This document shows, piece by piece, positions 1-14,200 of a stretch of 64,000 bases of DNA; the stretch's first letter is position 1, and each line of letters starts with the position of its first letter. Origin of the DNA: Scyliorhinus canicula (taxonomy: Eukaryota); the NCBI RefSeq assembly GCF_902713615.1, contig NC_052154.1, positions 25,179,394-25,243,393 on the forward strand, read 5' to 3'. The position numbers and the translations under genes were made by a program. The notes below the pieces were generated by a model. The model saw nothing but the letters and a program-made list of their open reading frames with translations, was not told the origin of the DNA and did no database searches.

Positions 1-922
1 AAGTCATAAAATAGTCACAAAGTCAGCTAAAATTATTTGGCTGAAGCAGCATCAAGACATCACCAGGACGAGATTATTTAAGTTTCTGTTCCTCAGGTTG
101 CATTGCATACACATTCCTTATCAAATCGAGATTGTAGGTCCCTCAACACTGCCCGTGATTATAATATACAGCACACTAAACATACATGGTTGACACTTCT
201 ATGTCATTGTGTAAGGTCACTGAATCAACCCAGATAGCTCCACTTACGTTTCAGTGTTCTAAATGCACTTTGAATTCAATAGGTACCTGGTTATTACTAT
301 ATTCCACGTGATTTGAGTTATGACTTTGAACCTTACCTCTAGTTACACAAGAGTTCTCCTTACTGCTGTTCTTAGCACCTTTTGTACACATCTTGACATA
401 GCACTGAGTATCTCCAGAGGTCATTTGTTTCTGGAAATCAACTATCACACAAGTGCCAGAGAAATGTAACACCACGTCAACATAACACTGGGGGGGTGGG
501 GGGGTCCTTTCCTCCACTTCTTTTGTTCCACTTTCCATCACGTTTATCTTCTTTTCTGCATTATTTCTAGCTTTTATCAAAACCGATTTGCTGAATTTTA
601 TTCTGTAATGCTATTTTATCTTTCTCGAACACTTCTTTGGAGCTTTCCTTAACCATTAGTAATCTTTAAGTGGTTGCACCCTCACATTTCAGGTGAAGTT
701 CCATCTTCCAGATTAACCTATACAAGTTTGTTCAACTCCTCAGCAAGAACAATCCAATTATGGATTCTGGATTAATTTTGGAAGTATTGAGGAGATCGAT
801 TAACAATGTTGATTTTAGTCATGATAAGAAAGGATCACATGCTCATTTCCCCAAGAGTGTAAAATGCCAATAATACCATGTTGAGAAAAGAAAAACTAGA
901 GTTCACTCCTCCCAGAGTCTAC

Positions 923-1661
923 GAGCTGGATTTTAAAGCAGGCACCGTGACCCCAACAGTGCACCCATATGGGATCGCAAGCACGGCCATGTCCTCAGAG
1001 TGCTCATCAGCCCAACTTCTGAGGAGGAAGCCTCCCAACTGTCCACCTCCACATTTGGCGTCCTTAATAGCCTCCCGAGGGTGCAAGCTCAAGCAGAAGA
1101 CCCTGAGCATAGTCAGGCCCCAGGCCTACTGGGAGAGATGACCACGGCTGAAGCAGGCAGGCCAGCACGAGGGTACCTCTGCATGGAGACACCCTGGGTT
1201 GCCTGCAGAGAAGTATTAAAATAAATGTGTCTGAATCTGGTGGGGCTATCATGGTAGGGGGGGAAAACCCTCCTCATGTCATGCCATTGATGGCTGTGAT
1301 TGCACCATTTCATTCGCATGGCTCCGCCATTGGAGCAAGGAACCTCCAGTTTTGATGGCCACCTGACAAGAGGTTTACATACTGGTGGGGTGGGGGTGTG
1401 TGGAGTTTGGGGAGTGGAGGTTTAGGAGAGGGAACTCTCCGATATCGGAACAATACAACCATCATCACAGAAGCGGGGCCTTCTTTGCACTAAATAGCTG
1501 CTTGCTTCGATAGAGTGGGAAGCCCACCCAGATCCCAGTCCGTCCCTGGGAAATACTCCTGGAGGTGGGGCATCAAGGGGCCAACCCGATGCAGCGCCCG
1601 ATTATCTTGCCAGCCGTCCAATCTCTAACCCCATCTCCACTGGGCTTGGAACATCCAGTCC
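923..1661. mobile_element. Older Harbinger-type MITE
   Basis: GAGCTGGATTTT ... AACATCCAGTCC; TSD TAC/TAT; GC-richer than flanks. Confidence 0.55.
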
Positions 1662-2106
1662 TATCATTTTATAGGACTTCTTACTTAAGGCTATTCCTCA
1701 CCTAAAATAAATCAACAATGTTTTACTAGCCCCAAGCCTCTAATCATTGTCCTTCACAAGTATCAATCCAATTTCATTTTAATGTAATCTACTCCAATCT
1801 AGTCTGTATCTCCATGATGACACCGGTGTTTTTAGGTCTTTAATCTATCTCAATGCTTTGCACTTTGATCACTGAATTACTTAACCAAAGATTAGTTACA
1901 TCGGGCACATCTCATGATTGTCACACCACACAGGTTAAAATTTACACTGGAGATTTAGTTCTAGAAACCCACAATAAAGTTAATATGAGCACTGTGTGAG
2001 GGCCACAGATTTTTTTTCCCTTTCAGGTGTCAGTCATTAGAAGCCTTTTCTTAAACTTGGAAGTCAGTAGCAAACAGCTGCAGCCCCCTTCAGAGTCCAT
2101 ACATTT

Positions 2107-2276
2107 TCATTGTTTTGTACTCAGCTCCTCTTCAGGAATGAATATGCCATGCAGGTCAAGATGTAAATCAGCGCTAACTGAAGCACGGCCAAGTTCTTTA
2201 AACGTCTTGGCATCAAGTATAAGTAAAAATGAAGGTTTCCTGGCATCAGTAGAAACGATGGAAGAAAGTATAACAC
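2107..2276 (-). CDS. BCO1: BCO1 exon 11 coding part (VILSSIVS...[15 protein letters not shown]...LDLHGIFIP..., stop TGA)
   Basis: CAG acceptor at 2279-2277; TGA at 2109-2107. Confidence 0.95.
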
Positions 2277-5200
2277 CTGAAAAAAAGTATTCCAAATGTA
2301 AGTCTTGACTTATTGCACATTTTGGGATCTTTTTAAAATATCCATTTTTGTGTTTTCACAAAGTGTTTTCTGCTGCCCATCGATACCACACCTAATCATA
2401 ACTAAAATGGAAAATTCTGAAAATACTCCACAGGTCTTGCAGCATCTGAGGTGAGAGAATCAGAGTTAACGAGTGGAATTTAATGGTGGCCGCAATGGGT
2501 CCAGTCACTAGCTGCAGTGCTCATTCCTGGGAGCCCCTTTGGGAATAAGGCCCAATTACGCAGCCTGCTGTTGGGATTCCTGGGTCCTGCAGGGGAAGTT
2601 TTCCAATGGACTTCCTGAGGCAGAGCTGGACCAGTTGAAGCTGGACAGAAAATAAATGCACATCTACTTCACCTGGACTACTCAGTAAAAATTATCATTA
2701 AAATAAAATGGACAAGGCTTTCCATCACTAGCCATGACTCACAGCAGAGGGACTACCTCCCGTGGAAGTCTCATTTCTGGAAAGACAGAACGCCATACAA
2801 TGTCAACCAACCTACCCTTGGAAGAAATCCTCCTTTAGATGTTTGAGTCTGGACTCGCACAAAACCATAATTTGTATTTTTACTTTGATTTGGCCCTATA
2901 TCCCATTCTTTCCCTTCGCCCTCTTTCACTGTGGTGGACTTTGCAAAACCTCTTTTCTCTGTTTTGTGTGTGTGTGAAATAAACCAATCCTTTTTGTTTT
3001 ATCTCATCTCGGGTTTTCTGTGGGAGGTATTTACAGAGGATTGGAGCACCCCAAATTTAAGGTTTATAAAGGAGGAAATAAAAACACATTTCTGTTTATG
3101 AACGGGTAGTGAGAGGTAAAATCGGGGCTTGCTAAATTAATCCCCCTCCTGTTAGCAACAGGATCAAATGTCCCTCTTCCAAGATCTAGTGGCCAATAGG
3201 GGCCAGGGCGGTGGCCACTACCAGGGGCCTAGACCATCGCTGGAGGGCCCCAGACCAAGGCGAGTAGGCAGGCTCACTGGGGACAGTAAGGGAGGCCCCA
3301 GGGGTTACAAGGGGAGGGCTGTCATTGTCAACGAGCTGGTTTTTCAAGAGTATCTCCATTTCCGCCACTGAGCCCGTCCATTGGGCACAGGCTACTCGAG
3401 GAGGATGCCCCCCTCCCTCACTATGCCACAGACATACTCACCAAGGTTGACCCACATGGCATGACCCTTGCCTGCCACTAGTTGAATACCAGTGGTGGTG
3501 GAATGAGACCCTTAAATGAATCTTCAGTAGCCTTTCCGTATGATCTGTTGATCTAAAATCCTCACACTGAAATCATTAACAGTACTTCTGTATCTCTATA
3601 GCCTGTAATCTTTGTCCTTCACAAATACAAAACCAGCTTAATTACTAATGTACCAATTGACCTAACACGATGATATAAAATCACTTTTTAACCGTTAATC
3701 TATCTCAATGTTTTGTACTTTGATTACAAAAATGGATGAATTCAATCAGACATTTTTATTGACTGCTTTATAATGGAAGTTTAAATTTGCATTGAACGTG
3801 AACTTAGTTGGGTGTGTGGGGACTGGGAAGGGGATGGGCTCATCACCCTGCACTGCCCCCCCACCCCATCAACCCAGTCTGCTTCCGCTGTGGCATTAAA
3901 TTTCACCCAATGTTTCTGATTGATGGCCCTTCATCAGAACTGGTGAAAAATGAGAAATGCAACAGATTTTAAACAAACACAAAGTCAGGTAAAGTGGATG
4001 AGGAATATTAAAGCCAAGCTGACTCCTAGCTGTAAGGAAATCTAGTGCCAAACTCTTGTTGCAGCCATATCATAATTGATTGATTGATTTGATTTTATTG
4101 TCACGCCTACTGAGGTACAGTCCAGGCAGATCGTTCCATACATGAAAAAATATAGGACAGACATAAATACACAATGTAAATGCATAGACACAGGCATCGG
4201 ATGAAGCCTATGGAGTGCAGTACTACTCAGTAGAGAAGATGTGTGAAGAGATCAGTTCAGTCCATAAGAGAGTCATTCAGGAGCTTGGTAACGGCGGGGA
4301 ACAAGCTGTTTTTGAACCTGTTAGTGCGTGTTCCCTGCCGGATGGAAGAGAGAATAACCCTCTCTTATGTTGTCCGCTTTCCCAAGGCAGCGGGAGGTAT
4401 AGGGGGGGGGGGGGGTCTTTGATTATGTTGCCCAATTTCCCAAGGCAGTTGGAGGTGTAGACATAGTCAATGGAAAGGAGGCGGTTTTGTGAGATGGACT
4501 GGGCTGTGTTCAGCAGCAAAAGTATGAAGTGAATTACTTTAAACCAGGACCACAGTTGCAATCTCAGTTCAAATAATAGTTACTATTTAATTCTTGTACA
4601 GCACCTACTGTTAATGGTTCTGTGTTGATACCTGCAGTTCGACTAGATCCATATTTTCTTTCTTTATTTGTCCCACTGCATCTCCTTCTGCCTTGTACCA
4701 TCAGCCCGTTAGTCATTGAATGGCTCCTGTCCTCCACTCTATCTTTCGTTTTATCTCCTCTCCCCTTTTACTTTGTGCTTCCTTGTTCCGGTTTCCTCTG
4801 CATTCCCCACCAGAAGAAATGGTCCTTCATACCTATCCGGCTGAAGCCCAAAATAATTTGAAATGCCTCGATTAGATCACCCCTCCAATAATCTAAACAG
4901 AGGCAGACAAGCCAAGTCGATGCAATTTGTCTTCATTATTTAACCCCTCAAGCCTGGTTCTGGTGAATCGATGGTGTAGCCCACTCTAAGGCCCCAATCT
5001 GTCTTCCGAAGTTTCATCCTCAAAATTGGACATCGTGGGCGTCATTCTCTGACCCCCCCTGCAGGGTCGGAGAATCGCCCGGCGCCAGCGTAAATCCCGC
5101 CCCCGCCGTGGCCAGAATTCTCCGCCACCAGGGAATCAGCGGGGGCGGGAATCGCGGCGCGCCGGTCAGAGGGCCCCCTGCTGCGATTTTCCGGCCCGCG

Positions 5201-8200
5201 ATGGGCCGAAGTCCCGCCGCTGACAGGCCGTTCCCGCCGGCGGGAATCAGAGCACCTCTGGTGCCGGCGGAAGCAGGCGCCGCGAGTGGGCACTGGGGGA
5301 GGGGGGGGGGGGGGGTGCGGGGGGATCTGACCCCGGGGGGTCCCCCCACGATGGCCTGGCCCGCGATCGGGGTTCACCGATCGGCGGGTGGGTCTGTGCC
5401 GTGGGGGCACTCTTTTTCTTACGCTGCCACCACGGCATCCACCATGGCGGAGGCGGAAGAGACCCCCTCCACCGTGCATGCGCCAGGGTGACGTCAGCGG
5501 CTGCTGACGCTCCGGCGCATGTGCGGACTCACGCCGGCAGGCGAAGGCCTTCCGGCCAGCTGTGGCACCGGTCATGGGGCGCCAACCACTTCGGCGCGGG
5601 CCTCGCCCCTAAAGGTGCGGAATTGGGGAGGCCCAATGCCGGAGTGGTTCTCGCCACTCCGGTACGCCGGGACCCCCCGGCCCGCCGGGTAGGGGAGAAT
5701 CCCGGCCTGTGTTCCAGATAGGGTTTGACCAAGTGTCAGTAAAATTGCAACATAATTTCCTCACTTTGAAATTCGAACACACCTCTTTCCACGATGCTTG
5801 CGCCCTCTTCAGAAAATTCAGCTTGACCAGTCAGGTACGGCCTACCTTTCACAAATCCACGCTGACTCCCTTGGATATTTGTCCAAGTCATTAATCACTG
5901 CTGATAGATTCCAGTAATTTCCCACAACTGATGGTAAACTGACAGCTCCCTCATTACCCTCGGCCGCTTCTTAAATAACTGAGTGACAGGCCAACGACAC
6001 TAACCCACGACAGCTATTGCAGGGCCTACACAAGATCACAGGCTAGAAAGCCAGGCGGAATATCTGGGGCTGGAGCATCCTGACCCGATGATCTGATCAA
6101 GTTCTGTTCCCGGTTTGAGCAATCAGCCAATGTATCAGTGCCACTCACCCCAACAGCCCTGGACACACCGATACCCACATTACATCCTCAGAGGTAAGAG
6201 CTGTATTCTTGAAAGTGAATCCGCGGAAAGCGACGGGCCCCGACGGCGTCAACTCTTAGCCTCAGGATCAGGGAATCCCGCCCTGGGATTGTCGTGCCTT
6301 TGACATGCATATCAACATATGAAGTAGGCCATTCAGCCCCTCAGGAGTGCTCTACCATTTGATAACATCACGGCTAATCTGATTTTCACCTCAACTCCAC
6401 TTTTTTGTCTACCCACTATTCCCTTTGACTCCTTGTCAATCAAGAATCTATCAAACCTGGCTCACATATTTCCCTTCGAAAGTTGCAGTCAGGGTCCCAC
6501 AACAGCTAAAGAAGCCAACTTGTATAGTCAAACAGGTTCTGTCTATTTCAGACAGAAATGCTTTTAAAGGTTTGCCCAGAGGTTAGTTTGGGACGATCAA
6601 AGTCTTCAATATATTTTCCACTGCTGGTAGTCAGGTTTTCAAGAGACAGATGGATGATGCAGGAATAAAACAGTTCAAAATTTTCAAATCTCATTGAAAA
6701 AAAAGTAGGAATATCGGTACCAGTAGTACTGGAGTTCCATTTTCAGATACACAAAACTAATTGGGACAGTCGGTACACTTCATTTCCCAATTCTACTCCT
6801 TGGCTAATCGTTGAAATAATCGTTGAAGCCCAAATTACCTCCAGCGTCGTTCAGCCACATTTTGAATATCTCATCTGCTTCTGTCTTTACATTCCACACT
6901 GCCCAACAGATAATTTGGTTTCAAATCCATTTATTCATGTGTCTGTTCGCTGGCCCTATCTCCCCATACGGTTTAATTTCAAACTCTATTCTGGAAGTAA
7001 TCGCAGTATATTTCATCCACTCCCCTATCCACTTTTCTTACAGACTGTAGAGTTTCATTTTTTCCCCCTTTAAACCTCACTGGAACAAGTGCAAAGTTAT
7101 TCACTTCGTTATTCACTTAAATGGACAGGGGTTGGGAAGTGCAGGTGTCCAAAGGGACATGGCTGTCTTTGTTCTTGAGTCACTCAAAGTTTGCATGCAG
7201 CTGCAGCAAGAGATTAGGAAGGCAAATAACCTGTTAACATTTTTCGCAAGGGAATTTAAGTACAGAAGTCTTGCAGCCTCTTCCCCACTGTTCCCAGACT
7301 CCTAAACCACCCTCCTATGGACTGATCTAGTTAATACTACACTCCTGTATGTTTCACCTGATGCCTGTGTCTATTTATTTACATTGTGTACCTTGTGTTG
7401 CCCTTTTCCATATTTTCTTTTCATGTACTAAATGATCTGTTTGAGCTGCACGCAGAAAAATACTTTTCCCTGTACCTCAGTACACGTGACAATATACAAA
7501 TCCAATCCAATTGTATAGAACCTTGGTGAGACCTCACTTAGAGTATTGTGCATAGTTTTGGTCCCCTTATCTAGGGAGGGATATACTTGTCATTGAGAGA
7601 GGGCAACGGAGGTTCACCAGATTAATCCCTGGGATGGTGAGATTGATTTATGAGGAGAAATTGAGAAGACTGGGTTCATATTCCCTAGAGTGTCGAAGAA
7701 TGAGGAGTGCTTCATTGAGACTTACAAAATTCTTACAGGGCATGACAGGGGAGATGTTGATTAGATGTTTCCCCTGGCTAGTTAATCTAAAAACACAGGA
7801 CATAATCTTAGGATAAGGAGTAGACGATTTAAGACGGAGATGAGGAGGAATTTATTCAGCCAGAGGGTGGTGAATCATTGGAATTCTCCATCCCAGAGCA
7901 CTGTGAAAGCTCAATTGTTCAATGGGGCAAGGCTTCGGGAATCTGAGGTGCAAAGGGACTCAGGAGTCCTATTTCAGGATTCTCTTAAGGTTAACATGCA
8001 GGTTCCGTTGGCAGTTAGGAAGGCAAATGCAATGTTAGCATTCACTTCAAGACAGGGCAGCATGGTGGCGCAGCATTTAGCACTACTGCTGCGCAGTCCC
8101 AGGTTCAATCCCGGCTCTGGGTCACTGCCCATGTGGAGTTTGCACATTCTCCCCGTGTTTGTGTGGATTTCACCCCCACAACCCAAACATGTGCAGGATA

Positions 8201-11200
8201 GGTAGATTGGCCACGCTAAATTGCCCCTTAATTGGAAAAAATGAATTGGGTACTCTAAATTTATTTTTTTTAATCATTCATTTCGAGAGGGATAGAATAC
8301 AAGAGCAGGGATCTACTTCTGAGGCTGTATAAGGCTCTGGTCAGACTCCATTTAGAATATTGTGAGCAGTTTTGGGCCCCGTATCTAAGGAAGGATGTGC
8401 TGGCCTTGGAGGGGATCCAGAGGAGGTTCACAAGGATGATGCTGAGAATGAAGGGCTTGTCATATGCGGAGTAGTTGAGGATTCTGGGTCTGTACTCAAT
8501 GGAATTTGGAAGGATGAGGGGGGAGTCTCATTGAAAATTGCGGAATTCTGAGAGGCCTAGATAGAATGGACGTGGAGCAGATGTTTCCACAAGTAGGAGA
8601 GACTACAACCCAAGGCACAGCCTCAAACTGAAGGGACAATCCTTTAAAACTGAGATAAGGAGAAATTTCTTCAGCCAGAGGATGGCGAATCTGTGGAACT
8701 CATTGCCGCAGAAGGCTGCCAAGTCACTGAGTGCCTTTAAGACAGAGATAGACAGGTTCTTGATTAACAAGGGAATCAGTGGTTACGGCGAGAAGAAAGG
8801 AGAATGGGAATGAGAAACAGATCAGCCATGATCGAATGGCAGAGCAGATGCAATGGGCTGAATGGCCTAATTTTGCTCCTCTGTCTTATGTTTAAAACAG
8901 AAATCGATAGGTTTCTGGAGATTCATGACATCAAAGGATGCAGATAGCGCGGGGTAGTGCTGTTGTGATAGATGATCTAATTGACTGGCTGAGCAGGCTT
9001 GGATGGGTTGAATAGCCTATTCCTGTTCCTATATTCCTCGAACCCTCTTCCAATACTTATGCTGTATTAACTGCTACCACTGTGGAGTTGCTTTGGATTA
9101 AGGAACCGTTACCGTCATCCTCATCTTCAGCTTTTGGAGTTTTGACGAACACTGGTTCTGCTGGCCAGCAATGTTCTTCCATCCACTCAAGGCAGCTTCT
9201 GGTCTGGATATCGCATTTCAATATCTGAAAGAAGAGTTTTAAAAATATATACATTTACAACAGCATGCAGAGAAAACGTAGCCCTAGTAAGACATTTTCC
9301 ATATCAAATGAATAAACCTTATTGCAAAACAAAACTTCAGCAAAATAAGAAAGAAAATTCAGTCAGTCCAGCAGGAGGGAGTAGCTGGGATGGACAAACC
9401 CTGTACATAAACATATATTCCAGTCACAGTGTGTAACAACCTGACACATGGACACACAGAGTAAGCACTGCAGCCTAAAGGTTTAGCTTCACCACCACCC
9501 CTGCCCCTCCGCACGCATCCTAAAAATGCAACAGTAACCAAGAAAGCAAAACACGTTTTTCCATCTAAAGGATATTGCTCCTACCATCAAGCATTTTAAG
9601 TTATTAAAATTCTGTCTCTGAAATTTATTAATTTTAGTTGCATTTGGGGGTCAGTTAGTTTTGCATGGATGGCGAGGGGATGGTGAGACGTGATTGGGGC
9701 AAATATAACTTCTAGGCTTTATGCCAATCATCCTCTACTTGTTCCAGGAACAAAGTGTACAGGAAGTGGCTGCCAGCCCCTTAAAAGATGAGGTTGTCCT
9801 TGGGCTGTCAGTATGAAGGTAGGTGAGGTACATTGTGAGGGTCCTGTGGAGAGAAGGTGGATCAGGGCCCTGGGAGAACATGACTTTTCTGCTGGCACCT
9901 GGAGTAACAAAATCACGCCCGTCGGGGTCTCTAACTCAACCTGTTTCTTTACTTTTGAGTTACGCATAATTTACGTCTCCTACCAGCGTAGAACCAACAC
10001 CGAGAATTGTGGGTCGTTATGCAAATATGGTTTGACATAAAATCTGCATTAGCATTTGTACTTCTGGTGGATCTTGAAGCAGTTCAAAGTAGAATGAAAT
10101 CTGTTTTACAGTCAAGGGCAGAAACCAAATTCTGCAATTTTCCTTTTCCTGGGCAGGCCAAATGATGGATTATGTAGCTAAGTGGCAAAAATATTATGCT
10201 CTTTGGGATAATGCTTCGAAGTCCCAAAATTCAGATAATTATGAGACTTATTACATGCATTTAACCCAAGTAACTTTGCATGTACTGCCAAGACAAAAAA
10301 AATTGACTCACTCTATGATGCCACAACACCAACGTTCGCACAGGATGGACAATCAACTTTCGAGCAAACCCACTTCCCTCCCAAAAAGACAAATCAACCC
10401 TTTCCAGTTAGGCTTCCAGAGAAACCAAGGGCACGATCTAACGGCCTCGTCACACCCTATTCGGGTGAGATATTTCTCACGAGATTTACAGTGCTCGTTG
10501 TGCCTCGCGAGATTATGATAGTAAAGCTCACTTAAATGTGTTCATGCCAGAGCTACCCAAGGTGCTAGGTCTAGTGGCCTGGCTTGGAGACCCCGAGCGG
10601 GCGCTGTTTAGCACTGGTTTCCACAAATGTGCACCAGGCGTACCGACTCATTGCTGGGAGGAGTGGAGGGTGTTTCCCAGGCGATCAGAGGCCCCTAGGG
10701 AAGGAGGGAAGGATCATCCCAGGTGATCGGAGGCCCCCAGGTGATCAGATTCTGGGTCGGGTTGAACCCTGGCACTCCTGATGCCACCTGGGCACCCTGG
10801 AACTGCCATAATGGGAAGGGAACTGCGATGGTGCCAGGTTGGTAGTGCCAAGGCGCCATCTTGCCCATGCCAGGGATCGGGCCTGGGAGTGTCCTGTCCT
10901 AATGGGGTGGGTGGGGAAGGGGGGGTCTTGAGTATCCCCTAATTGGTAAGTTTGGGCATTGGGGGCATCTGGAGGATACAGTGGGGAGGGGTCCTGAGAT
11001 CGAGTCACCATTTAAAAATGGCACCCCAATCTCTTACTGCACTGGAGAGCTGAGCTCATTAGTGCAGGAAATGAGCCTAAGTGCAGCCTCGGCAGTCCGT
11101 TTCTCGCTGAGGCCCTAAAATGTAACATAGTCCCGGCACTGTAAATTCCGGGAAACGCCTCATTAAACGTGTGCGAAGCGGGACTCTGTTTCATTTTCAT

Positions 11201-14200
11201 TAAATCGTACCCCAAGTCCACATGGAGGTGACATTAGAATAGAATCCATACTGTGCAGAAGGTCATTCGGCCATCGGGTCTGCTCCAATCCTCCGAAAGA
11301 GCACCCTACCTAGGCCCGATCCCCTGCCCTATCCCCGTAAACTCACCTTACCTTTGGACACAAAGGGGCAATTTAGCATGGCCAATCCACCAAACCTACA
11401 GATCTTTGGACTGTGGGAGGAAACTGGAGCATCCTGAGGAAACCCACACAGACACGGGGATGTGGGTGATATGCATCACTGTATGTACACAAGGGGTTAA
11501 TGTAAATACACTACAACTAAGTAAACACTAGAGGAGCACCGGAGATGTCATGACATGCAGACATACAGCTAATGAACACATAGAACAGGTCACGACCAAT
11601 GGGCAGTCAAGACACCCAGAGGTGACACTACCACAAGAGGGCATTATAAAACCTATATATAAAAGGGCAGGGCAGACATTCTCTTTCTCTTTCCACAGGC
11701 GACACTTAGAGAGAAAGACAGGGGCAGATCAGAAGCATCACACCCACCACGTGGCTTAGAGCAGACTGGTTAATTAGTCTGAGTTACTATAGCAAGATTA
11801 GCAGGAGAGTCAAACTCATAGAGAACTGTGCTAATGGTTCAATGAATCACATTGAACTTACTTCAAAGTCTGGAGTATCTTTTGGTCAAAGCTGGATCGA
11901 GTTGCAGCCTGTGATATCCCAGAGTACATAACACATCAGGCGAGAACATGCAAACTCTAGACTTGCAGTCACCCAAGGTCGGGGGCAGCACGGTGACGCA
12001 GTGGTTAGCAACCTCATGGCGCCGAGGACCCGGGTTCATTCCCCCCCCCCTCCCCCGAGTGGAGTTTGCATACTCTCCCCATGTTTGCATGGGTCTCACC
12101 CCCACAACCCAAAAAAGATGTGCAGGTTAGGTGAATTGGCCACGCTAAATTGTTCTGTAATTTGAAAAAGAATTGGGTACTCTAAATTTTTTAAAAATGT
12201 GTTCACCCAATGTCAGAATCAAACCTGGGCCCCTGGCGCTGAGAGGCAACAGTGCTAACCACTATGCCACCGTGCCCACCTTGGATCCTGTGGAAACTGG
12301 TAAGTGAAGGCGTAACCTTTGCTGCAGTGTTTGCAGTTACAGGTGATCGTTCATCCCCGTAGGGAGAACGTAATAGTGGGGAAGACAGACAAATGTCAAC
12401 GAATATACTTACTGACTCAAAATTATCCCATTTGTAAAAATCAAAATTTGTTGCCATTTATGAAGAAATCACTAGTAACTCAATGCTAGTCACTTGCATT
12501 CTCCATTTTCTCTTTGCCAGTCTCATGTATATATTTAATATTCTACCTTTGTCGGAATTGGTTGCCACTGAACTTTAGATGCATAAATGTATCTGTACTT
12601 TCTGCCATTGTAATCATAATTTATCCGCGGTAGTTCTATACCTGGAAAACAAACAAATATATTGTGAAATCTATTTTCTTCACTTTGATTAATTTACGGT
12701 TGAGTATTTCAGCAAATATATATTTCACAATAATTTAATCTTTGAACATACAGATGAACTGCCAAGGGTCAATTTTGTGTTATTTCATTCATGTACCTTT
12801 GTGCTTGGGAAAGTCCTGTTCACCCATCACTCTAGTGCTGCTGACCTATCCTGGCCCCAATAAAGTAATGTTTCAATTAAAGGTCTCACCTTTGTTTTCA
12901 AATCTCTCCGCGGCCTTGTCCTTCCCTATCTCTGTTAACTTCTTCAACCCTGCAACCCAGTAAGATACCTGCACTCCTCTAAATCTGGCCTCTTGTGCAC
13001 CTTGATTTAAATCACTGGCAGTCATGCCTTCTGCTGCAAGGCCCTAAACACTGGAATTCCATTGCTAAAACTCCTCATCTTGTCTCTCTTTCCATCTTTA
13101 AAATGTCCTTAAGGTCTCTCTCTCTGACCAAACCTTTGCAATCTACTTTAATAGCACTCTTGGGAAGTGCCCTGTGATATTTTAGGATGTTAAAATGTTA
13201 GGGACAATGTACAACTTTAAGTTTCATTTATACTTGCGTATTATACTTGTGAGGGGCTGGTTTAGCACACTGGGCTAAATCGCTGTTTTTTAAAGCAGAC
13301 CAAGGCAGTCCAGCAGAACGGCTCAATTCTCATACCAGCCTCCCCGAACAGGCGCCGGAATATGGCGACTAGGGGCTTTTCACAGTAACTTCAATGAAGC
13401 CTACTCGTGACAATAAGCGATTTTCATTTCATTTTTCATTAATAAATGTTAAACATGGATCCAGTTTCATTTAGAGTATTTTGTGAGCTTGGTGCCAGGA
13501 AGTCTGGAGGCCCTGTTTGTATTTTTAATGAAATTGTACAAACCTTGATGTGAAGCGTTGGGTTAGAAAGAGATTAGTGATTTTTCAAAAAAGGAGAAAA
13601 TACTGTGCTGCCTAGTGACAGAGGTGCAGGAACACACAGGCACAGCGAAAGACAGAAGGGCGGTTCAGTTTGTGTGTGAACTCTAGTAAAGAAATCCTGC
13701 AAGACTGCTGGGAATCTGCGTTTAGGGAACTCATGTTTGTTCTGAAGTTAAAGTAATAGTGATGTCAAATTATGGCTTTGAGTGCCTCAGGGAGGGAGAC
13801 GTGTTGGGGGAAAACAGTGAATGCTCAGAAGTGTACCGGAAGCAAACCAGATTGCAACTGAGCCTGTCCAAGCAATTAACCTTGGTGTTGAAATAGTGGT
13901 AAATCTTCACTGAAGGTTTGCATCTGTGAGCATGTTGCTGGGATAAAAGGGACATTTTTCTGGGGCAGGATTCTCCGTTAGCCGATACCGAAACCGGGAA
14001 AAGCAATTGGGCGGAGAATCGGTTCTGACGCCAAAATCGCGACAGGTGCCGATTTGACACCAAATCGCAATGCTCCAGCACCTCGACAGCAGCGTCAAAG
14101 CGTTCCGGAACGCACGTACAGTAGACACCGTTTACATATCATTAGTGGGCCTGACCTGGTATTCTTCGAGGCCCCTGCAATTCTCCGCCTCGGATGAGCC

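Noticed and set aside
1715-3745. Diverged ~170-bp direct repeat (1715-1890 vs 3575-3745)
   Set aside because: Most simply two old copies of a dispersed repeat; no structure or coding signal.
5020-5732. Multiple overlapping 100-177 aa ORFs (also 33116-34183 and 13770-14821)
   Set aside because: GC-rich MITE sequence is poor in stop codons; no domain-like content.
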